From Staphylococcus phage SAC, in the sequence record OR234014.1: a stretch of DNA of 64,000 nt. One strand, given 5' to 3'. Position 1 is the stretch's first letter. Every line of letters starts with the position of its first letter. The notes below the pieces were generated by a model that saw nothing but the letters and a program-made list of their open reading frames with translations, was not told the origin of the DNA and searched no databases. Position numbers and translations under genes: made by a program. Positions 56,195 to 64,000 of this stretch are shown piece by piece.

Positions 56195-56645
56195 TGTTTA
56201 GTATCTCCTTATGTTTTTCTATTCTTTCACTGGCTAAATTATAGTATTCTTCGTCTAATTCAAAACCAATGTAATTGCGGTTAGTACTCATACAAGCAAT
56301 AGCAGTAGTGCCACTACCAATAAACCCATCTAAAACCACATCTCCTTTATTACTATGCTTCATAATACATTGTTTTATTAAATCTAATGGTTTTTCATTT
56401 TGGTGTAATTGTTTTTTACCACTTACCCTATCAAATTCCCATACATCAGTTAATCTTCTCCCATTAAAATGTTTTTTGCCCTTTACTACTAAAAATAAGA
56501 TTTCGTATTTTCTACCAAAAGAACCTTTTAAATCTCCTGCTGTATGATTGTTTTTTACCCATATAATCATATTTTTTATTTTAAATTTCTTCTCTAATTG
56601 TTGTTTAAAAAAATCTACTTTCTCTGATGAGCAGAACATATACAT
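56163..56645 (-). CDS. N-terminally truncated DNA methyltransferase-like ORF (lacks the DPPY catalytic motif; possible pseudogene or remnant)
   Basis: Has 'VVLDGFIGSGTTAIAC' (motif I) and aligns to the C-terminal two-thirds of 55257..55946 from 'FCD/FCS'. There is no DPPY. An in-frame stop lies 10 codons upstream of the first Met. Confidence 0.55.
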   Translation of the reverse strand: MYMFCSSEKVDFFKQQLEKKFKIKNMIIWVKNNHTAGDLKGSFGRKYEILFLVVKGKKHFNGRRLTDVWEFDRVSGKKQLHQNEKPLDLIKQCIMKHSNKGDVVLDGFIGSGTTAIACMSTNRNYIGFELDEEYYNLASERIEKHKEILNNENDNTGTTR

Positions 56646-56649
56646 AGCG

Positions 56650-56886
56650 CTAGTGTTTAATTTTATTGTTTGTTAATTCTAACTCTATAATACTTCTTTT
56701 AGGCTTAATATTAAACAATTTACAACCATACTTATCTATTACGTAATTATCCAATGTATTAAATATATCGGTTGAGACATCCTCTAACTCCTTTTCAGAG
56801 TACTTTGTGTTTATAGTCTCTATAAATCCGTGCTTATTAATGACTTTAAAGTTTTTTAATTTTACTTTTGCTTCATTTAAGTTCAA
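56650..56886 (-). CDS. hypothetical protein
   Basis: 78-aa ORF. Confidence 0.45.
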   Translation of the reverse strand: MNLNEAKVKLKNFKVINKHGFIETINTKYSEKELEDVSTDIFNTLDNYVIDKYGCKLFNIKPKRSIIELELTNNKIKH

Positions 56887-56955
56887 ATCTTACCACCTCT
56901 TTATTGTTTATAATAAAAGTATAAGCCTTAACAAATACATTGTCAAGGCTTTTTC

Positions 56956-57213
56956 TCAATTTTTTAACTTATATTCAATTGCTTTAATTACTTCTTGATG
57001 TGTATTGCAAGGTATAGCAGGTACTTTATTAGACATAACGTTGTACTTATATCCTGTTGTATTATTCCTTGCTATAGAGTCTAGTAATGTAACACATACA
57101 TTAGTTCCTTTTAATTGGAAGGTTCTTAATCCTGTATTTGTATAATCCCATTCTGCTTTATTACGTGTAAATGTTCTACGTACTTTTTTATAAAGCTTAG
57201 TAAAGTCATCCAT
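56956..57213 (-). CDS. hypothetical protein
   Basis: 85-aa ORF, ATGA-coupled to the DnaB-like gene. Confidence 0.45.
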   Translation of the reverse strand: MDDFTKLYKKVRRTFTRNKAEWDYTNTGLRTFQLKGTNVCVTLLDSIARNNTTGYKYNVMSNKVPAIPCNTHQEVIKAIEYKLKN

Positions 57214-58661
57214 TAAAAACTCAGCCCTCCAAAAGAATTATTAATAGCTTCAGCTTTATTAGGTTTTTCTTTAAATCTACTTTTATCTTCACCATTAAGT
57301 TCCGCTAGTATTTGCTTATGTTCTTCTGCCTCTTCTGGTGTTTCATCTCTAACAACCATTTTAGTAGGCTCTACTTTAAGATTAACAAATCTCTCACCTG
57401 TGTTTGAACTGTTTCTTACTTTGTCTAAGTACAATCTTAAAAAACCATTTTTAAATTCTTCATCTTTTTGGTTAACGGCAAAAGCAACCTCTACAGCATT
57501 GACAATCTTTCTACTTCCCTCAACATGTTCACTTGTAATAATTTCTGAACCATAAGCTGTTCTGTTTGTTTGTGCTAATGTCCAACAAACAAAATTGTAT
57601 TCTTGTGATAATTTTCGAATATCTTCAAAGATACGACCACCAGCATCTGATTCACTTTGATACTTAAGGTAAGGGTTACGCATAAGTTTAGGATAATCAA
57701 TAATAACAACATCTATATGCTTATCTTTCTTAATTGTTGTATTAATTATAATTTGTTCTAATTGGTTTGGTGTTACCTCACCAGGCATATGTTTAACGAT
57801 ATAAAAGTTACCTAGCAGTTGTCTATTCTTTTTATAATGTTCTTGTATCTTATTATAAGCATCTGTGTTTAAAGATAAGTCACCATTAAGTAATTGATTC
57901 TTTTGTACACCTACCATTTGTTGTTCCGCTCTTAATACCATTCTATCCATCTTTTCCTCTAGGGCAATATATAAAACATTTAAACCTTGTTTAACATAGT
58001 TCTTACCTAAATTACTTGCCATAAGAGACTTACCTCTACCTGTAGGTGCGATAACTAATCCTACTTCCCCTCTACCTATACCACCTTCAATTTGCTGGTC
58101 TATAGAATGGAAACCTGTAGAGTACTTATTAATACTTAAGTTGCTTAATAGTTCTCTCTTTTTATCTACGTCTTCAAAGAAGTCAATAAATTCTCCGTCA
58201 GTACCATTAATGTCACTGACTTCTATTTGTTTTAGTTTCTCTACTAGTTCAGGTAAGTTATCTGAGTCCTCTTGCTTATTCTCAGCTATGAACTTAACTA
58301 ATACTTCTTTAGACATTTCTGTTTTAATATACTTTTCTACTTCATAGTTTACAGAATCGTCTTTATTATTCATGTCTACTGTATATAAGCTATCTAAATA
58401 TTTTAATGTTTGTGTTACTTTTTCATCATCTTGTTTATCACTACCCATTAATTGCTCTACTTTAATAGCTAAAGATTCATTTGACATTTTATCAGCAATG
58501 TGTGCTGTTCTTTTTATAGCTGTGAATAAGTAACCCATGTTTTCCGATTCTGTAGCAAATAGACTTTTAGGTAACTTATCTAGTACTTCTCTTGCAAAAT
58601 GTATATCCTTCATAGACTTATGTAGGATAATCTCCTTAATTCGTTTACTCATATGTGTCAT
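57213..58661 (-). CDS. DnaB-like replicative helicase
   Basis: RecA-fold C-terminal domain: 'GFHSIDQQIEGGIGRGEVGLVIAPTGRGKSLMASNLGKNYVKQGLNVLYIALEEK' (DnaB Walker A region), 'VVIIDYPKLM' (Walker B-like). Confidence 0.7.
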   Translation of the reverse strand: MTHMSKRIKEIILHKSMKDIHFAREVLDKLPKSLFATESENMGYLFTAIKRTAHIADKMSNESLAIKVEQLMGSDKQDDEKVTQTLKYLDSLYTVDMNNKDDSVNYEVEKYIKTEMSKEVLVKFIAENKQEDSDNLPELVEKLKQIEVSDINGTDGEFIDFFEDVDKKRELLSNLSINKYSTGFHSIDQQIEGGIGRGEVGLVIAPTGRGKSLMASNLGKNYVKQGLNVLYIALEEKMDRMVLRAEQQMVGVQKNQLLNGDLSLNTDAYNKIQEHYKKNRQLLGNFYIVKHMPGEVTPNQLEQIIINTTIKKDKHIDVVIIDYPKLMRNPYLKYQSESDAGGRIFEDIRKLSQEYNFVCWTLAQTNRTAYGSEIITSEHVEGSRKIVNAVEVAFAVNQKDEEFKNGFLRLYLDKVRNSSNTGERFVNLKVEPTKMVVRDETPEEAEEHKQILAELNGEDKSRFKEKPNKAEAINNSFGGLSF

Positions 58662-60231
58662 CCTTTACTATATCAATAACCTTATTATAGTTCAACATAC
58701 CTTCTTTTGTCAATGGTATTTTATCAATTAAATTATATTTTTCAATTATAGACTTAACTTCTTTTAAATTAACCTCATAACCTAAGTAATTACTATACAT
58801 TTGTAGAATATATGATGTTGAAGTAAATCTTCTCATATGTAGATAATTCATTGTTGTTTGTTCTATATTTACAATATCTTGTTTACTTAAGTCTGTAGTG
58901 TTTACTAAACTTATACCTATTAAGTCTCTTCTATCTATACCACCATTTAATTCTGCGATATTTGCTTTATACTCTTTTTGCATTAAAAACATAGATAGTC
59001 TAGCATTGTTAGGTATTGTAGTAGGTGAATACTCATTTACAATACATTGTTTAATAAATTTATTTAATAAGTTTTTATGTTTACTAGGTAATTTTTCTAT
59101 TAGATGTTCTATATATTTATTATATGATAAAAGTATAATATGTTTCATGCCATTAAATATACCATAAATAGTATCTTCTATATCTAAAGCTGTTTTAAAC
59201 ATTGTATCAATATCATGTATCTCTTCATTTAAAGGTGTTGTATATAATTGATGTAATTGTGCTACAGCAGGATTTAATAGGTAATCAGATGACTTAATTA
59301 AAGACTCTACTTCCCCAATTTGTCTATTTGTTTTATTTACACCTCGTTTAATACCTTTTACATAATTTTCATAATTAGTTAGATATTTATCTGAACTAAA
59401 AAAGTTAGGTGCAGGTATAGGATAAGGTTGTGTTTTATTCTCAAACCCAAATGTGGTATTCTTAAAAACATTTTGCATATATTTAAAAACATTAATGTTC
59501 TTATCTTTTATCTTTAAGTAAAAGTTGTAGAATGTATTAAATGTCTTACTACCAAAGAAGTCTTTACAAATACTATCTCGTGATAAATTCTGTAACATTT
59601 TCTTTCTGTAGTACTCAGATAAATGCTTATGTCTATCTACGTCTTCATTACCATTTGATAATGTTAAATGTTGTATATATTTAGCATTCATGTGTGCTAT
59701 AGCATATTGGTCATATAACTTACATAAGATATAAGATTTATAAAAACCCTCGGGGTCATAAGACATATTAAAAATATCTTTAGTAGGGTAAGGTAAACTA
59801 CTATTATAAAAATTCATATCTGATATTATTTTCCTGTTTTTATCTTTACTAGCATTATATTGAACCATTTCTAGTTTTGTTCTACGTTTATTTTCTTTTC
59901 TTTCATATACGTAGCTAGGAAAAAATCTATTTCGTAATTCAGTAGCGTATTCTAGATTAGAAGTAATAACATTGTCATCTGTATCATTAAAATGTAAGAG
60001 ACTATCTGTATCATAGTCTCTTACTAGTGATATAACAATACCACCTTTATTTCCTCTTTTAGAAACAACATTAATTTTGTTATCCTGCTCTAATCTTTTA
60101 AGGTTTTTAGATAAAGTAGAGACTGAGACATCTAGCTCTTCTGCTAACTCTTTTTTAGTAGCTATTTGATAAGTATTATTTTTTGATTTTTTTTCAATGT
60201 AATCATATAATCTTCTTTCTGTCTTAGTCAC
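58645..60231 (-). CDS. putative replication-associated protein with N-terminal winged-helix HTH
   Basis: 528 aa. N-terminal 'KKELAEELDVSVSTLSKNLKRLEQDNKINVVSKRGNKGGIVISL' is HTH-like. Confidence 0.35.
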   Translation of the reverse strand: MTKTERRLYDYIEKKSKNNTYQIATKKELAEELDVSVSTLSKNLKRLEQDNKINVVSKRGNKGGIVISLVRDYDTDSLLHFNDTDDNVITSNLEYATELRNRFFPSYVYERKENKRRTKLEMVQYNASKDKNRKIISDMNFYNSSLPYPTKDIFNMSYDPEGFYKSYILCKLYDQYAIAHMNAKYIQHLTLSNGNEDVDRHKHLSEYYRKKMLQNLSRDSICKDFFGSKTFNTFYNFYLKIKDKNINVFKYMQNVFKNTTFGFENKTQPYPIPAPNFFSSDKYLTNYENYVKGIKRGVNKTNRQIGEVESLIKSSDYLLNPAVAQLHQLYTTPLNEEIHDIDTMFKTALDIEDTIYGIFNGMKHIILLSYNKYIEHLIEKLPSKHKNLLNKFIKQCIVNEYSPTTIPNNARLSMFLMQKEYKANIAELNGGIDRRDLIGISLVNTTDLSKQDIVNIEQTTMNYLHMRRFTSTSYILQMYSNYLGYEVNLKEVKSIIEKYNLIDKIPLTKEGMLNYNKVIDIVKDDTYE

Positions 60232-60240
60232 TACCCATAC

Positions 60241-61551
60241 CTACTTTCCTAATTCTTTAATTTCAAATTTTTCTTCTTCATATATTTTTCTACGCTCATT
60301 AGAATGTTTATATAAAAACTTATGTGTCATATCATTAAAATCAAATATCTGTGTTGTATTATCTTCTTTCTTTTTACGTAACGCACGACCTACACGTTGT
60401 AGTGTTTGTCGTAAAGATTTACCACCTGCACCTAGGATTAATGAACGAATACCACTGATATCAACACCCTCATCAATAAGGCTTGTAGCAATCATAACTT
60501 TAAGTTTACCATTACGCATTTCATCTAACTTTTGTTTACGCATATCCGACTCTATTTCACCATGTAAAAAGAAATTCTCTACACCCATTTCATTCAACAT
60601 AGTGGATAGTATTTCACCATGCTCAACAAAATTAATAATAATAAGCGTAGCTTTATCTTGATTATACCACTTAGCTGTTAGTTTTGCAATAAGTTTATTT
60701 CTAAACTCGTTATGTACAATACCTTTATTATATGCATCCCTGTAATCCTTAATATTATCTATATCATCAGGGTTAGCAATAGGGATAATATTTATTGTAG
60801 GTCTAGCTGAATAGCCATTCTCGATTAAAAACTCATTAGATGTTCTTACAATAATATCTCCGAATAATGCTTGCATACGCATCCATAGTAGCTCATCTTT
60901 CATGTCTATGGAGCCTGTTAGTGCTATCCTGTATAGTGCATTCTCACAGGACATTAAACTTGTATACCATGAATCTGATTTACTGTGATGTGCTTCATCA
61001 ACTATCATTACAGCTATAGAGTCTAGGAACTCACGCATTTTATGATATTTATCATAGCTCTTTTGATTTTTCTTTCTTACTTCTTTTTGGAAAATAACAT
61101 TATGATTGTTTAATGCCATTAATACTTCAGCATCCGTCTTTGAATTATGATAAATATCTTGAAGTATATCAAGCACATTCTGCTCTACTTTAGTTTTAGG
61201 TGTTGTACTTTCTAATAATAACTTAAGTAACCTTTTTTGATTTTTACCACCTTCAAATTTAGGAAGTATCTCTTTAGCTATCTTTTTACTTAAGTTTACT
61301 TTAGCAGATACTTTTACTCCTTCTGTAGGGTCTTTTAAGTTAGAGTTAACAGTAGGAATCATAACTACAGTTACTTGTTTAACATCAAACTTACCAGAAC
61401 CTACTTTACCTACTGATATATTCAATCGTTCACTTAAACGGTCAGCAGATTGATTAAAAATCTCAGTAGAACTTGTAAAAAAAGCTACACGCTCTCCTTT
61501 TTCTAGTTGTGGTAATAGTTGGTCTATGATACCGCTAGCAACCTCTGTTTT
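60241..61551 (-). CDS. SF2 (DEAH-box) helicase, exon 2
   Basis: 'MIVDEAHHS' (motif II) and 'LQRVGRALRKKK' (motif VI). The track's 'M' at 61554 is a TTG inside the intron 3' end. Confidence 0.8.
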   Translation of the reverse strand, partial: KTEVASGIIDQLLPQLEKGERVAFFTSSTEIFNQSADRLSERLNISVGKVGSGKFDVKQVTVVMIPTVNSNLKDPTEGVKVSAKVNLSKKIAKEILPKFEGGKNQKRLLKLLLESTTPKTKVEQNVLDILQDIYHNSKTDAEVLMALNNHNVIFQKEVRKKNQKSYDKYHKMREFLDSIAVMIVDEAHHSKSDSWYTSLMSCENALYRIALTGSIDMKDELLWMRMQALFGDIIVRTSNEFLIENGYSARPTINIIPIANPDDIDNIKDYRDAYNKGIVHNEFRNKLIAKLTAKWYNQDKATLIIINFVEHGEILSTMLNEMGVENFFLHGEIESDMRKQKLDEMRNGKLKVMIATSLIDEGVDISGIRSLILGAGGKSLRQTLQRVGRALRKKKEDNTTQIFDFNDMTHKFLYKHSNERRKIYEEEKFEIKELGK

Positions 61552-61798
61552 CAATTATGTTACGATTAGGTTCGTTACTCCTAACCTTCTTGTAGTCTCC
61601 TACAAAGTTCAGACTATATCTTAACCATATCTAATGAGACTTAGGTTCTCCCTGTTTCCAATCACTTGATTGTACATAATAGTCGTTGCACCTTCCTAGT
61701 AATTTATTAAGCTTGGCTCATGATTGTCTCAAATGAGAGAGTTCCCATGAATTAAAGGAGTTACACTTATAATATTTCTACTATAAGGGGCAAAATTT
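61552..61798 (-). mobile_element. small ORF-less group I intron (about 247 nt) in the helicase gene
   Basis: Splits Walker A 'ATNAGK|TEV'. Exon 1 ends GGT (U) and the intron ends ...TTG (G). GC-richer structured sequence with the 'aagatatagtct' core about 60 nt from the 3' end. In-frame stops in the intervening sequence. Confidence 0.7.
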
Positions 61799-62236
61799 AC
61801 CTGCATTGGTAGCTTGCTTACATATACCATTATAATTGACTAAACTATTAAACACAGCTTCATACTGATAGTCACGTAATGTAATCTTACCTACGTTATT
61901 ATCTAGTAGCTGTATTTCATCATCAATATCTTCTTCAGCTAAAAAGCTTTCAGATTTTTCATCAATAATTTCGTATTGAAAGTTATGTCTTGATTGTAAC
62001 TCACCTAGTAATGTTATCATCTTAGGTAACAACCCACTAGGGAATTTGTTCTCAGCATAATCGTAGAAATCCACATAACCATCCCACACACCTCGTTTAA
62101 AAGCTAAGCTATGTTGATAGCCCTCTTTCTTAGCTCCTAACGTTTTATGAACACGCTTAAGTATGATATCTTTAATATACCCGTCACTTTCATCAAAATC
62201 TACATATGTATATATATTCTGTTGTCTTAATTGCAT
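61799..62236 (-). CDS. SF2 helicase, exon 1
   Basis: 'LRDYQYEAV' (Q-motif/Ia-like) and Walker A start 'ATNAG'. Confidence 0.75.
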
Positions 62237-62294
62237 ATATTCTCCTTTCTTTTTATTCCTTTATTATCTTACCATATTTATTAAAGTTAGTCAA

Positions 62295-62326
62295 GAAAAA
62301 AAAAGACTAGGAATTATCCTAGTCTA
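62295..62326 (-). terminator. rho-independent terminator
   Basis: Minus-strand agactagg-ataatt-cctagtct followed by T9. Confidence 0.7.
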
Positions 62327-63688
62327 TGGTAAAGAGATACCTACAACACGTGTAACATATTGGTCTTTATTATTATTTACTGCACTATCTTTAATTGTCC
62401 ATGTATCACCAGTAATAGATAAAGTTACTCGATAGTACTCTACTCCAATATTAGAGTCTCCTGATACATAAGCTCCTGAACATGTGTAAATACCATCTCC
62501 ATCTATATAAAACTTATGACATAAAGTACCTGTTTTATCCGTACCTTTTGTGTTTTGTAAGGCTCTGTATCTTGTGTATATCTCTACGTATTGGTAGTTA
62601 GATATAGAATCAGACATAGTTTCTTTTTTATTTGTATCTTTAAAGTTATGTGCTCCATTCCATAGTTCTTTAAAACCAGGTAATGTTTTTGTTGTGTTCC
62701 ATGTATTACCATTTACGGAACCATTAATAGTTCTACCGTCAGTACCTATTGCGGTATATACACCATATAAATTAGTATAGTTGTTTGAGTCTGATATAAA
62801 TATACCTCTGCAACTAACCGTAGACGGAGAGCCTGAAACACCACCTTGTATATAGAAAGTAAAAACAGTTTTACTCGTTTCTTCAATATGTTTAGCTATA
62901 GCTTGTTGGAATGTTATATTGTCTGCTGTATATACGGATAATGAGTAATTATTGTTTTCCGCATCTCCATTTACATTAGATACAAGATATTTGCTTATCT
63001 TTTGTACGTCTAAATCAGTTCTCCAAGCACCCCAATTGTCATACGATTTCTTAACATTAAGATATTCTTTTCCCGTGCTACTATCCGTTAATCTTAACAT
63101 TCTATTATCATTACTGTCTATGGAAACTTGTAAGAATCCTTCATAAACACCACTAGGCATATCCGACATATTAGACACGTAATATGTACCTTGTGTATTA
63201 ATATCAAAAGGACTTCCACCTATATGTGATGTATATTTATTATTAGGTAAACTTTGTACTACTTGCCATTGTGATGTTTGGTAGTTAGTAACGAATCGGT
63301 GCATCACTTTTGATTTACTGTCCGCCGTTGACAATGTATACAATATTTGTATTACTCTATCCTCAGTATCTAATGTTAATACTTGCAGTAATACATCTAT
63401 ATTTTCCATATCTGGTTTATCATACATAGTAGCCAATGTACGTGCTCCTATGTAATATAAACCTACTTTTTTAATGTCTCTTAAGTAATTGGTATAATCT
63501 ATATCTTTAGCTAATCCTCTATCCGTTGTTAACTTAACTTTCTGTGCTTTACTTACGTCTAATTGTAAGTCTGTAGTTACTTCAAAGATATTTCTATCCT
63601 CAGTTAATACACTACCTATGTTATTAACTTGTTTTGTTAGGTCTGCTATTGTACTGTTTTCCGTAATAGGTGTAAAATTTAGTGCCAT
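62324..63688 (-). CDS. putative structural protein (tail fibre / receptor-binding-like)
   Basis: 454 aa, S/T/N/G-rich beta-type composition. Last gene before the replication module, with its own terminator. The function is inferred from position only. Confidence 0.35.
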   Translation of the reverse strand: MALNFTPITENSTIADLTKQVNNIGSVLTEDRNIFEVTTDLQLDVSKAQKVKLTTDRGLAKDIDYTNYLRDIKKVGLYYIGARTLATMYDKPDMENIDVLLQVLTLDTEDRVIQILYTLSTADSKSKVMHRFVTNYQTSQWQVVQSLPNNKYTSHIGGSPFDINTQGTYYVSNMSDMPSGVYEGFLQVSIDSNDNRMLRLTDSSTGKEYLNVKKSYDNWGAWRTDLDVQKISKYLVSNVNGDAENNNYSLSVYTADNITFQQAIAKHIEETSKTVFTFYIQGGVSGSPSTVSCRGIFISDSNNYTNLYGVYTAIGTDGRTINGSVNGNTWNTTKTLPGFKELWNGAHNFKDTNKKETMSDSISNYQYVEIYTRYRALQNTKGTDKTGTLCHKFYIDGDGIYTCSGAYVSGDSNIGVEYYRVTLSITGDTWTIKDSAVNNNKDQYVTRVVGISLP

Positions 63689-63693
63689 ACTAT

Positions 63694-63987
63694 TTATCCT
63701 TTCTTAGATAACAATTCTTGTAACATTCTTTTTAGTTCCTCTACTTCACTCTCTAATTTTTTGTAGTCTTCTTTAGGTACAAACTCTTCTGGTGGTTGGT
63801 ATTCTATGTCCTCTACACTCTTCGAGTTATCTTCAAAGCTTTTATTATATATTACTTCGTTAGTGTTCTTATAATACGCATACTTATTACTAACAAAATC
63901 AACAAAGAATCCATCAGGTAGAATAGACCTTGATACTTTTACATCACCATTGTTCTCTTCATATCCACCTACAATAGTATATCCCAT
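63694..63987 (-). CDS. hypothetical protein with C-terminal coiled coil (5' end possibly beyond the window)
   Basis: 97 aa ending 'KLESEVEELKRMLQELLSKKG'. The frame stays open upstream of the first Met to the window edge. Confidence 0.4.
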   Translation of the reverse strand: MGYTIVGGYEENNGDVKVSRSILPDGFFVDFVSNKYAYYKNTNEVIYNKSFEDNSKSVEDIEYQPPEEFVPKEDYKKLESEVEELKRMLQELLSKKG

Positions 63988-64000
63988 AATATACTTATTA

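Noticed and set aside
56650-56886. Small ORF upstream of the truncated MTase considered as its missing N-terminal half.
   Set aside because: The translation has no DPPY/NPPY motif and no similarity to the N-terminus of the intact paralogue. It is also in a different frame.
60241-61554. The track's 'M' start (MKTEV...) at 61554 as a genuine start of a separate helicase C-terminal protein.
   Set aside because: The codon is TTG immediately preceded by an in-frame TAA within intron-like sequence. Walker A (GK|T) is only completed by joining to 61799..62236.
2912-62435. Numerous plus-strand ORFs of 60-143 aa (e.g. 2912..3205, 3360..3629, 4113..4334, 4997..5224, 14837..15076, 25239..25586, 28782..29093, 30005..30283, 35220..35495, 40079..40348, 49492..49725, 49902..50297, 50358..50789, 55687..55968, 56275..56547, 58898..59167, 62163..62435) and minus-strand ORFs 858..1103, 37144..37407 and 47846..48037.
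   Set aside because: All are antisense or alternative-frame to long, well-supported genes. They have S/L/F/I-rich low-complexity translations typical of AT-rich antisense frames and no RBS. Judged spurious.

Overview
This window is AT-rich (about 30% GC) phage DNA, and almost all genes run on the minus strand. It looks like a large virulent Firmicutes myovirus of the SPO1/Twort-like (Herelleviridae) type, laid out in the reverse of conventional map orientation. The host cannot be determined from sequence alone; a Staphylococcus-type phage is only a guess based on base composition. Reading left to right, the window contains:
(i) 1-1431: a few plus-strand genes, including a YopX-family protein.
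(ii) 1570-2070: a tandem array of strong plus-strand promoters, a GC-rich element and a bidirectional terminator, which together may be a small non-coding RNA locus.
(iii) 2.07-5.4 kb: a host-takeover-like array of minus-strand genes of about 50-135 aa. Most are preceded by a near-identical strong early promoter (TTGACA-17-TGTAATATAAT with an upstream A/T tract). The array contains paralogous genes.
(iv) 5.4-7.1 kb: mostly non-coding, structured DNA.
(v) 7-31.9 kb: a long block of hypothetical accessory genes. These include three paralogous pentapeptide-repeat proteins, a lipoprotein, several small membrane proteins, a DUF559-like endonuclease and a metallophosphoesterase. Also present are a second promoter class with a TATACT-N-AGTATA palindrome and a 1-kb CT-rich repeat region.
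(vi) 31.9-62.3 kb: Fn3/Ig-like module genes, a sigma factor and the replication/recombination module. The module comprises a RecA-like recombinase, gp32-like SSB, family-A DNA polymerase, HU-like protein, thioredoxin, NrdE, an NrdF carrying an N-terminal ATP-cone, resolvase, primase, SbcC/SbcD, two methyltransferases (one truncated), a DnaB-like helicase and an SF2 helicase.
Four of these genes (helicase, nrdE, DNA pol, recA) are interrupted by group I introns, and three introns carry homing endonucleases of three different families.
(vii) 62.3-64 kb: a probable tail/structural gene.
No tRNA genes and no CRISPR array were found.
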